Positions 1 to 7,072 are shown, counted from the stretch's first letter. The stretch: 10,050 nt of DNA from a bacterium (GCA_046757165.1 JBHHXT010000182.1:1-10050); one strand, 5' to 3'. Translations and numbers: made by a program. Notes: a model not told the origin generated them from the sequence alone.

Positions 1-11
1 CACGGAAAAGG

Positions 12-40
12 TTGCATCTAAAGTCTCCGCCCATTATATT
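12..40 (+). promoter_or_regulatory. putative sigma70-type promoter for the MazG-like gene
   Basis: TTGCAT (12-17), 17-nt spacer, TATATT (35-40), about 50 nt upstream of ATG 91. Confidence 0.55.
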
Positions 41-90
41 CACGCACTGACGGTAACCCTGCAAAGCTAAACTCAATACTTCGACAAACC

Positions 91-429
91 ATGCGAGAGA
101 TGACCCTGCAGCAGTATCAGGAGACGGTCGATGAGTGGATCAAGAACGTGGGCGTGCGCTACTTTTCTGAGCTGACCAATCTGGCGCAACTCGTGGAGGA
201 GGTTGGGGAAGTGGCGCGCGTGATGTCGCGAACCTATGGCGACCAGAGCTTCAAAGGGTCAGATGAGAAGCATGATCTGGCGGATGAGTTGGCGGATGTG
301 TTGTTCGTGGTCGCCTGTATCGCCAATCAAACCAATATCGACCTGACCGAGGCGGTCGAGAGAAATCTGCACAAGAAAAACAGCCGTGACAAAGAAAGGC
401 ATCGCAACAACCCGAAGCTGTTGGGGTGA
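91..429 (+). CDS. MazG-like nucleotide pyrophosphohydrolase (YpjD-type, single domain)
   Basis: 112 aa with all-alpha NTP-PPase acidic motifs LVEEVGEVAR and LADELADVLFV, plus the YFSELTN and ANQTNIDL segments typical of this family. The start could instead be ATG 100. Confidence 0.9.
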   Translation: MREMTLQQYQETVDEWIKNVGVRYFSELTNLAQLVEEVGEVARVMSRTYGDQSFKGSDEKHDLADELADVLFVVACIANQTNIDLTEAVERNLHKKNSRDKERHRNNPKLLG

Positions 430-458
430 GCTTGCACGGGCCAGACTATTCAGGTAGA

Positions 459-564
459 TAGACTGTAGGTTCTTAGGCTGTAGGAAGAATCCATGCGAGA
501 TCATACGAAACTTCGAGCTTTTGAGTTAGCCGATAAGTTGGGCACCCTAAAAGCCTACAGTCTA
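459..564. repeat. 19-bp imperfect inverted repeat enclosing the four-helix-bundle remnant
   Basis: TAGACTGTAGGTTCTTAGG (459-477) vs CCTAAAAGCCTACAGTCTA (546-564): 17/19 complementary. The left arm continues in TAGGCTG-like short units. Confidence 0.75.
493..540 (+). pseudogene. 5' remnant of a four-helix-bundle protein gene (23S rRNA IVS protein-like / TIGR02436-type)
   Basis: ATG 493 preceded by AGGAAG reads MRDHTKLRAFELADKL, resembling the family N-terminus. The frame then runs into the right inverted repeat and stops at 637-639. Confidence 0.7.
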
Positions 565-688
565 AACACTTGTTCCCGGCGTGCCGGGTCCGCCGACGAT
601 TCGTTTCAAACATTTTCACGTAACCAGAGTATCCAATAAACATGTTAGGTTCTTAAGACGAAGTAAATTTGAAAGCAAAGGAGCTGCC

Positions 689-919
689 ATGTCATCAAGT
701 TTCAAAACCATAAAGGAGCAAGCTAAAGCACTACCGCCAGAAGAAAGGGCTGATTTGGCACACGAATTAATCACTAGTTTAGATGACGAATTCGATACTG
801 ATGTTGAAAGTGTATGGGACAAAGAAATTCAAAGACGAGTAGCAGATATCAAAAGTGGTAAAACAAAAGGAAGGATTGCTGAAGATATTCTTGCAGAAAT
901 TAGAGCGAAGTTTTCATGA
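689..919 (+). CDS. putative addiction module antitoxin component (TIGR02574 / PF09720-like)
   Basis: AAGGAG RBS at 678-683, ATG 689, 76 aa with the pattern ALPPEERADLAHELITSLD...W..EIQRR...IKSG. About 37% GC by hand count. The ORF-track start at 581 is likely too far upstream. Confidence 0.85.
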   Translation: MSSSFKTIKEQAKALPPEERADLAHELITSLDDEFDTDVESVWDKEIQRRVADIKSGKTKGRIAEDILAEIRAKFS

Positions 920-975
920 AAACGATTGAATTAAAGTTTTGTTGTCATAAACTGTCGAGGCTATGCCTAACTTAG
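916..975 (+). pseudogene. probable stub of the cognate RelE/ParE-type toxin
   Basis: ATGA overlap with the antitoxin stop. Reads MKTIELKFCCHKLSRLCLT* (19 aa). The assignment rests mainly on position. Confidence 0.45.
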
Positions 976-1122
976 TACTGGTTTTCATAAATTCGATGAC
1001 ATATCGCCTCACGCAAAGCCGCAAAGTCCGCAGAGAAATGAAGCTCAAAAACAAACAAACTCTGCGAGCCCGGCGTCTTTGCGTGAGATTAAATACGTAA
1101 TCGTATTCACGAATTCCTGTAC
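975..1122. mobile_element. 148-bp MITE-like foldback element
   Basis: Ends GTACTGG...CCTGTAC with imperfect inverted arms of about 50 bp. TTA lies on both sides (972-974, 1123-1125). Perfect inner stem CTCACGCAAAG (1008-1018) / CTTTGCGTGAG (1077-1087). Confidence 0.7.
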
Positions 1123-1261
1123 TTAGTATTCAGCGGATTGAAACCGCCGGTTCTTTTCAAAAGCTTAGCGGTGAATCCAAGGGTTCATTTCATTTTCAAT
1201 GTTTGATCTTATGTGGTTGCAACCGCTGATGCTTACGCTACCCAGAGGGAGGCTCAAGTCA

Positions 1262-2281
1262 ATGTATCAGCATTTCAGCCGAACAGTCACATTTTCTATC
1301 ATTACGGGTGTTGTCGTGGGCTTGCTCTCAGGCTGTGGCGGCTCCGGAGACAGCGGTGAGAAACGACAATTCCTGAGCGTGGGCAGCGCGCCCACCGGCG
1401 GCACGTTCTTTGTGGTCGGCGGCGCGATTGCACAAGCCGTGAGCAAGAACGCCGGTGATTTGCCCTGGCAGGTCACCGCGGAAGCGACCAAAGGCTCGCA
1501 GGAAAACATTCGCAGGCTCGCCAGCGGCGAATTGGATTTCGCCCTGGCCAATGCTGCCATTACCTACTTTGCCGTGCGCGGCCAGGGGGCGTGGGAAAAA
1601 CCGTATCCCATGCGTACCGTCATGACGCTCGCACCCAACGTCGCGTTCTTTATCACACCGAAATCCTCCGGCATTCGATCCATCGCAGAGCTCAAAGGCA
1701 AGCGCGTCGTCGTTGGCCCGGCGGGCGCCGGATTTGATTACTTTCTGAAGCCGATTCTGCAAGCACATGGCGTCACCTATGATGACTTCACGCCGCTGAA
1801 CAACACGCAATCCGGCGCCGTCGATATGCTGGCCGACGGGTCGGCTGCGGCTGCCTTTCTCGGCGGTGGCGTGCCGACGGCTTCCATCACCCAGGCGTGT
1901 GCCTCGCAAAAGATCTTTTTTGTGCCGCTGGACAAAGCGGCCAAACAGCACTTGTTCGAGACCTATCCGTTCTTCAACCCTGCGACAATCCCTGCTAAAA
2001 CCTACCGGGGTCAAACAGAGCCGTACGAGGGCATGAATGTCGGCGCCATGCACCTGATCGCCTCGGCAGACAAGGATGAGGAGACGGTTTATCAATTCAC
2101 CCGCCTGCTCTACCAGAACCGTGAACAGGTCGTCAAGGTCCATCCTGCCGGCAAGGCGATCAATCCGAAGAATGTGGTCAAAAACACCGGCACGCCTTTT
2201 CATCCGGGCGCTATTCGATTTTACAGAGAAATCGGCATTTGGCCAGACGACGCCTCCGAAGGTTCTGAATCCACGGAATGA
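1262..2281 (+). CDS. TAXI-family TRAP transporter solute-binding lipoprotein
   Basis: GAGGGAGG RBS before ATG 1262 (preferred over 1199). Lipobox LLSG-C. Motifs GSAPTGGTFF, ATKGSQENI, ELKGKRVVVGPAGAG and PFHPGAIRFYREIG. Confidence 0.92.
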   Translation: MYQHFSRTVTFSIITGVVVGLLSGCGGSGDSGEKRQFLSVGSAPTGGTFFVVGGAIAQAVSKNAGDLPWQVTAEATKGSQENIRRLASGELDFALANAAITYFAVRGQGAWEKPYPMRTVMTLAPNVAFFITPKSSGIRSIAELKGKRVVVGPAGAGFDYFLKPILQAHGVTYDDFTPLNNTQSGAVDMLADGSAAAAFLGGGVPTASITQACASQKIFFVPLDKAAKQHLFETYPFFNPATIPAKTYRGQTEPYEGMNVGAMHLIASADKDEETVYQFTRLLYQNREQVVKVHPAGKAINPKNVVKNTGTPFHPGAIRFYREIGIWPDDASEGSESTE

Positions 2282-4206
2282 AGACGACCGGACAATTTCA
2301 GCGCGTTCTTTTTGCTGTGTTGTCGGTCATGTTGAGCCTCTTTATTCTGGCCGAAGTCAATTATCCCCAGCTCTCGCCACAGTCACAGCTAGCCATTTTC
2401 GCCCTGCTGGGTCTGGTTCTGGTCTTCCTGGCCACACCCACTCAGCGCGTCCTGTCCGGGAACGCGTTTGGGGGTCTCCGGGACCGAATCCTGATCGTGG
2501 CGGTGGTCGGTTGCTTCGGCTACATCGTGGTGCAAACAGAGCCGGTTTTTTCAAGCTTCTGGTCCGGGGGGCAGCCGCTGGGCAATCGTGCCGGGCTGGA
2601 AGGCGGAATGGACTATCTCGTTGGATTGGTCGGGGTGGTTATCGTGCTGGAGGCGACGCGGCGCACCATCGGCCTGACGCTGCCTTTGCTCGCCATCGTA
2701 TTCCTGGCCTACGCCGCTTTCGGTCGCTTCATGCCGGAGTGGCTCTTTCCGCACCGGGGATATCCCTGGCAGCGCATCGTCAGCCAGACCTTTCTGCACA
2801 GCCAGGGGGTGTTTGGCATCGCGCTGAAAGTGATGTTTACCTATGTGTTTTTGTTTGTGCTGTTCGGGACGATTCTGGAGAAGACGGGCGCGACGCGCTA
2901 CATCATCAGCTTTGCCCGGAATCTCTTCCGCAAAAGCGCTGGCGGGGCGGCCAAGGTCGCGGTGATCAGCAGCGGCCTGATGGGCTCCCTTTCCGGCAGC
3001 GCCGTGGCGAATACGGCGACCACCGGCACCTTTACCATTCCCATGATGTTGAGCTCCGGCTTCCGGCCGGCTGTGGCCGCGGGCGTCGAAGCGGCTGCCA
3101 GCTCCGGCGGTGCGCTGGTGCCCCCGATCATGGGCGCCGGCGCCTACATGATGCTGGAGATCATCGAGCCTGCTGTCACCTATGTGCAAATCATCAAGGC
3201 CGCTATCATCCCGGCGGTTTTGTACTACACCTCCCTGCTTTTGATTGTCCACTTTCAAGCGCGGCGGGTGGGTGCCACCGCCCCCCCCCTGCCGCACCAA
3301 AGAGCGGAAAAACCGCCGCTGGCCCAGGGGCTGGTTTTTCTGGGCGCGTTTCTCTCACTCATCGTTCTCCTGGTTCTCGGCTACACACCGTTTCGAGCCG
3401 TGAGCGTCAGCATGATGGTGACGCTGTTGCTCAGCACCTTCAGTCGGCACACGCGGCTGTCGCTGCGCCAGCTAGTCGAGGCAGCGGTCGACGCGGCGAA
3501 AAGCGGCGTTTCGCTGATTGCGGCCGCGTCTTGCGTCGGCCTGATCATCGGCGTCGTGACCCTGACGGGGATCGGCACCGAGTTACCGGGTGCCATTCTG
3601 CCGCTGGCACAGAACCATCTCATCCTGGCGCTGCTGCTGATCATGGTTTCGACTATCATCCTTGGAATGGGCCTGCCATCGGCGGTGTGCTACCTGCTGA
3701 TGGCGACGCTGATCGGGCCTGTGCTCGGGGATCTGGGTCTGGTGCCGCTGGCGGCGCATTTGTTTATTTTCTACTTTGGCATGATGTCCATGGTGACCCC
3801 CCCGGTGGCCCTGGCGGCCTACACCGCAGCGGCCATTGCGAAATCGCGTATTATGCAGACCGGCTTTGCGGCTTTCCGCTTTGCACTGGTGGGCTTCGCT
3901 TTGCCGTTCGCGTTTGTGCTGCGGCCTGAGCTGTTGTTGCTGGCCCCGGACGGCGGAGCGGCGGACTGGTTGCCTGTCGTGAGCAGCCTTGGGGTGACCT
4001 TGCTCGCCATTCTCTCGCTCGCCGCCTGCGTCAGCGGCTACCTGTTGTCACCGCTCCGGCTGTGGCAGCGGGCGATATTGCTGGCCGCCGCCGCCGTGCT
4101 GGTGTTGACTCATTTCGCTGAGGCGCAAGGGTGGTTGCTACCCCTGGCGACGCTCGCCTTGGCAGGCGTCGGATTGCTGAGCTGGCTGGCCCGGAGCCGG
4201 GCTTAG
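2278..4206 (+). CDS. TRAP transporter fused permease (4TM/12TM type)
   Basis: Highly hydrophobic 642 aa with LEATRR, GGAAKVAV, GSAVAN..TTGTFTIPMM, PPIMGAGAYMM, ILGMGLP and VTPPVALAAY. ATGA overlap with the TAXI gene. Confidence 0.93.
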   Translation: MKTTGQFQRVLFAVLSVMLSLFILAEVNYPQLSPQSQLAIFALLGLVLVFLATPTQRVLSGNAFGGLRDRILIVAVVGCFGYIVVQTEPVFSSFWSGGQPLGNRAGLEGGMDYLVGLVGVVIVLEATRRTIGLTLPLLAIVFLAYAAFGRFMPEWLFPHRGYPWQRIVSQTFLHSQGVFGIALKVMFTYVFLFVLFGTILEKTGATRYIISFARNLFRKSAGGAAKVAVISSGLMGSLSGSAVANTATTGTFTIPMMLSSGFRPAVAAGVEAAASSGGALVPPIMGAGAYMMLEIIEPAVTYVQIIKAAIIPAVLYYTSLLLIVHFQARRVGATAPPLPHQRAEKPPLAQGLVFLGAFLSLIVLLVLGYTPFRAVSVSMMVTLLLSTFSRHTRLSLRQLVEAAVDAAKSGVSLIAAASCVGLIIGVVTLTGIGTELPGAILPLAQNHLILALLLIMVSTIILGMGLPSAVCYLLMATLIGPVLGDLGLVPLAAHLFIFYFGMMSMVTPPVALAAYTAAAIAKSRIMQTGFAAFRFALVGFALPFAFVLRPELLLLAPDGGAADWLPVVSSLGVTLLAILSLAACVSGYLLSPLRLWQRAILLAAAAVLVLTHFAEAQGWLLPLATLALAGVGLLSWLARSRA

Positions 4207-4311
4207 CGACTGAGCAAGGTGTCCGATCTTGTTGACTCTCCCCCATTCTTATGTTCCTGTGGGGGGACAGCTAATTCAAGCCTGATCCAACATCCCGCCT
4301 TTGCGGGACAA

Positions 4312-4360
4312 CCGTGTTTTAGGTACAAATCCGAGAAGTATACACAGTTGCAAACTGTGT
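4312..4360. repeat. 49-bp dispersed repeat with hairpin, copy 1
   Basis: 46/49 identical to 8640-8688. Contains the ACACAGTT-GCA-AACTGTGT stem-loop. Confidence 0.9.
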
Positions 4361-4454
4361 AGGTTCACTATTTCTCCATTCCTGTACTGGGGACATCCAG
4401 ATGTATTTTCAAGTGCCGGGGACTTTTTTTCTGAGAATCAGACGTAGAATTGGT

Positions 4455-4680
4455 TACGCCGAAGGCGTATCACAACACAGCCCAGGGTCGCGAAGCGCAC
4501 CCTGGGATCGGAGAATTCACCAAAGAAAACCCTGAAAGGGTTTGACAAAGGAGCGCGTCGTGAATCAGGATGGTTTGTCAAACCCTTTCAGGGTTTGGAT
4601 GTTGTGCGGGTTTTTCCAGTCCCCAGGGTACCCCGACACGTCGGGGCACCCTGGGCTTTGATGTATAACCGCGTCGCGGT
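4455..4680. repeat. nested palindromic REP/REPIN-like element
   Basis: Perfect 23-bp inverted repeat 4527-4549 / 4574-4596. CCCAGGGT...ACCCTGGG hairpins at 4481-4506 and 4622-4655. Outer small hairpins at 4455-4469 and 4668-4680. Confidence 0.8.
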
Positions 4681-4703
4681 AAACTTTGCGAACTTGTTGG
4701 GCG

Positions 4704-4736
4704 AAGTTCCCGGCACTTTTGAAGTGCCGGGAACTT
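4704..4736. repeat. REP-like doublet (perfect 15-bp inverted repeat)
   Basis: AAGTTCCCGGCACTT-TTG-AAGTGCCGGGAACTT, with a third 14/15 copy AAGTGCCGGGGACTT at 4411-4425. Confidence 0.8.
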
Positions 4737-4875
4737 TTGGCTTCCGATTTTGCGCTTGACTTTTTGGAGCATTTTTGCATCTTTGGCTTGGGCCCCGTCT
4801 TGCTTGTGAGAGCACAAAAACAATGTCGGGGAGTGTCCCTGGAAAACAAGAAAGTGTTACTCAAAGGAGACCGTT

Positions 4876-5886
4876 GTGAAAAGTCAATCGTCCCCGGAAC
4901 ATAAGGGAGTGAAATGGGGAATCTCGGCGTTCGTGACCATCCTGCTGTTGCTCATGTTTGTTCTGAGCATTTATTGGAGCTCTGAGCCGGACTTGCTCGA
5001 CGTCCAGGCCCTTGCCTCGAGAAGAGCAGAGAGCCAGAATATGAGAATGGTAACAGGGTATGTTACGACCAGCACGTTGATCGAAGTTGCGAAGACACTT
5101 TTGGACAAGCCAGGAGGGTATCTGAGCAACGATGTTTCGCCTCCGAGCGTAGTGATGGACAACATGCCCAACTGGGAATTCGGCGTCTTAGTGCAAGTGC
5201 GAGACTTCACCAAGGCACTCCGCAACGATATCAGCCGGGCACAGACCCAGTCGAAGGAGCACCCAGACCTCGCCAGGGCCGAACCGCAGTTCAACGTCAA
5301 CAGTAACTCGTGGCTTTTCCCGCGGGCGGAAAGCGAATATCGCAGCGGCATCGAGGCTTTGGAGCGCTACCTGCATGGCTTGAGCAATCCGGAGGAGACG
5401 GGCACGCAGTTTTTCTCTCGCGCGGATAACCTGCGGGATTGGCTCAAAGTCATGGCCATCCGGCTCGGCAGCATGTCGCAACGATTGAGCGCCAGCGTCG
5501 GCCAGGAGCGCATCAACACCGATCTGGCGGGCGAGCCGGATGCGCAGCAATCCACCCACCAGGCGAGCCGGGTCGATGTCAAAACCCCCTGGCTCGAGAT
5601 TGATGATGTCTTCTATGAAGCGCGCGGGACGTGCTGGGCGCTGATCAACTTGCTGCGCGCCATTGAAATCGATTTTCAGCAGGTGTTAGAAAAGAAAAAC
5701 GCCACTCGCAGCTTACAGCAGATCATTCGTGAGCTGGAAGCGACGCAAAGAAAAGTGTGGAGTCCCGTCGTGCTGAACGGCTCGGACTTTGGCTTCTTTG
5801 CCAACTATTCCCTGGTGATGTCCTCCTATGTCTCACGCGCCAATGCGGGCATTATCGATTTGCGCAATTTGCTGAGCGAGGGATAG
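4876..5886 (+). CDS. DUF2333 family membrane-anchored protein
   Basis: AAAGGAGA RBS and GTG start. One N-terminal TM followed by YWSSEP. Motifs LLDKPGGYLSND, DNMPNWEFGVLVQVRD, RADNL, IDDVFYEARG and SPVVLNGS. Confidence 0.88.
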   Translation: MKSQSSPEHKGVKWGISAFVTILLLLMFVLSIYWSSEPDLLDVQALASRRAESQNMRMVTGYVTTSTLIEVAKTLLDKPGGYLSNDVSPPSVVMDNMPNWEFGVLVQVRDFTKALRNDISRAQTQSKEHPDLARAEPQFNVNSNSWLFPRAESEYRSGIEALERYLHGLSNPEETGTQFFSRADNLRDWLKVMAIRLGSMSQRLSASVGQERINTDLAGEPDAQQSTHQASRVDVKTPWLEIDDVFYEARGTCWALINLLRAIEIDFQQVLEKKNATRSLQQIIRELEATQRKVWSPVVLNGSDFGFFANYSLVMSSYVSRANAGIIDLRNLLSEG

Positions 5887-5922
5887 GGGGAAACCACCTC
5901 CGGACAATGTGAAACAAAAGCG

Positions 5923-6417
5923 ATGAAACGTCTCTTCCTGGTACGCCATGCAAGATCGAGTTGGACTCATCCGGGCCAGGCGGATATCGAGCGCCCGCTC
6001 AATCCGCACGGCGAACAGGACGCCCCTTTGATGGGCCGGCGACTGGCAAAGTTCAAAGCCCGGCCGGACCTCATCATCTCCAGCCCGGCTGTGCGAGCCT
6101 TGTGCACGGCCAGGATCGTCGCTGACCAGGTCGGCTTTCCGAAACAGGAAATCCTCAAAAAGGAGGAAGTCTACCTCGCTGACCTTGAAACCTTGCTCAG
6201 CGTCCTCAGAAATATCGATGACCAGCGTGATCAGACCATGCTCTTTGGCCACAACCCCGGGTTGACCATCCTGGCGAACTACTTGTCAAATCACCACCTG
6301 GACAACATTCCGACCTGTGGCATCTGCTGCATCGATTTCGACCTCGACTGCTGGAAAGATATCTCCGCAGGCTGCGGCGTGTTTCAGCTCTTTGATTACC
6401 CGGGGAAGTCCTGGTAG
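5923..6417 (+). CDS. SixA-like histidine phosphatase superfamily protein
   Basis: LVRHARSSW, D..RPL...G, SSPAVRA..TA and FGHNPG motifs. Confidence 0.88.
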   Translation: MKRLFLVRHARSSWTHPGQADIERPLNPHGEQDAPLMGRRLAKFKARPDLIISSPAVRALCTARIVADQVGFPKQEILKKEEVYLADLETLLSVLRNIDDQRDQTMLFGHNPGLTILANYLSNHHLDNIPTCGICCIDFDLDCWKDISAGCGVFQLFDYPGKSW

Positions 6418-6499
6418 TTGAATTCGCTGAGCGTGGAAGCCATGGGGAGTGAAGCAGGTGCGCCGCGGCAGATGCGGGCGAGGGTACTGAACGCCGATC

Positions 6500-7072
6500 T
6501 TATTGCAGGAAGAACTTCGAAATCTTAATTCTAAGCCCTTCCAGAATGCCTTCACCGATCAGGTGCTCGTTTTCGGTTAGTTTGTCCGAGTCTCCGGGGG
6601 AGCGATAAACTGTACAAGTGCGTTGCGGTGGATCGAGCATCCAGACCCAGTCTACACCTGCGTCAAAGTATTCGAAGATTTTCTGTTTGATTTCCGTTTT
6701 GCTATCGCCGGGTGAGACAATCTCTACCACCAATTCCGGAGCAATCTCCAGAAACCCTCTCTGAGGTAATTTCCCGAGCCGTTTCTTTGAGATGAAAATC
6801 ACATCCGCTCCTCGAACGGTATCCGGATTGCGGCGGGTGTAAATGCCGACCTCACCGCTTTGTACCCACCCCAAATTGTTTGCATCCACAAATTTCTTCA
6901 ACTCGAAGCCAACATTGTTTTCAACAAAGCCATGAGGTCCTCCTGCTGGACTCATTGGAACGATCCTCCCTTCGATCAATTCACAGGGCCCGATATCCCC
7001 CAGTTCAAACAGATCTTCTCCTCGAATCGTCTTGTCGATTGTTCCGGGTAGGGAGCTCATCTTTTGACTCAT
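6500..7072 (-). CDS. Uma2 (DUF820) family PD-(D/E)XK putative endonuclease
   Basis: ELIEGRIVPMSP...H, RGADVIFIS, APELVVEIVSP, K..EYFDAGV..VW..DP and ILEGL motifs. Confidence 0.9.
   Translation of the reverse strand: MSQKMSSLPGTIDKTIRGEDLFELGDIGPCELIEGRIVPMSPAGGPHGFVENNVGFELKKFVDANNLGWVQSGEVGIYTRRNPDTVRGADVIFISKKRLGKLPQRGFLEIAPELVVEIVSPGDSKTEIKQKIFEYFDAGVDWVWMLDPPQRTCTVYRSPGDSDKLTENEHLIGEGILEGLRIKISKFFLQ

Larger units (their letters stand above)
644..1243 (+). mobile_element. degenerate solitary integron gene cassette (core site + antitoxin/toxin stub + interrupted attC)
   Basis: GTTAGGT (644-650) fits GTTRRRY. R'' GCCTAAC (965-971) is its 6/7 complement. L'' ATTCAGCG at 1128, L' CGCTGAT at 1224-1230, degenerate R' GCTACCC at 1237-1243. 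The cargo is low GC. Confidence 0.65.

Noticed and set aside
575..588. CCCGGC-GT-GCCGGG palindrome as a terminator
   Set aside because: Only a short stem with no following U-tract, so no function can be supported.
459..639. Diversity-generating retroelement suggested by the Avd-like fold family
   Set aside because: No reverse transcriptase is present and there is no TR/VR pair. The 49-bp repeats are non-coding and their mismatches are not adenine-specific.
581..688. 36-aa N-terminal extension of the antitoxin ORF
   Set aside because: The RBS and family length favour ATG 689, and the extension crosses the predicted cassette boundary.
1199..1261. Upstream start of the TAXI ORF
   Set aside because: It lies within the attC remnant. 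ATG 1262 has a strong RBS and gives a normal signal peptide.
1328..3300. Antisense ORFs 1328-2203 and 2551-3300
   Set aside because: They lie wholly opposite well-supported TAXI/TRAP genes and show no family features.
2076..3929. 617-aa alternative-frame ORF overlapping the TRAP genes
   Set aside because: Arg/Gly/Ala/Pro-rich with no motifs. It is a shadow of GC-rich codon usage in the real permease frame.
4378..4388. ATTCCTGTACT identical to 1113-1123 (right end of the foldback element)
   Set aside because: An isolated 11-nt match with no partner end or target duplication. It may be chance.
4312..4736. CRISPR array or tRNA interpretation of the repeats
   Set aside because: No regularly spaced direct repeats with unique spacers, no cas genes and no cloverleaf or T-loop motif.
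4565..4904. Four short overlapping ORFs in the repeat-rich spacer
   Set aside because: They are translations of palindromic repeats with no recognisable domain.
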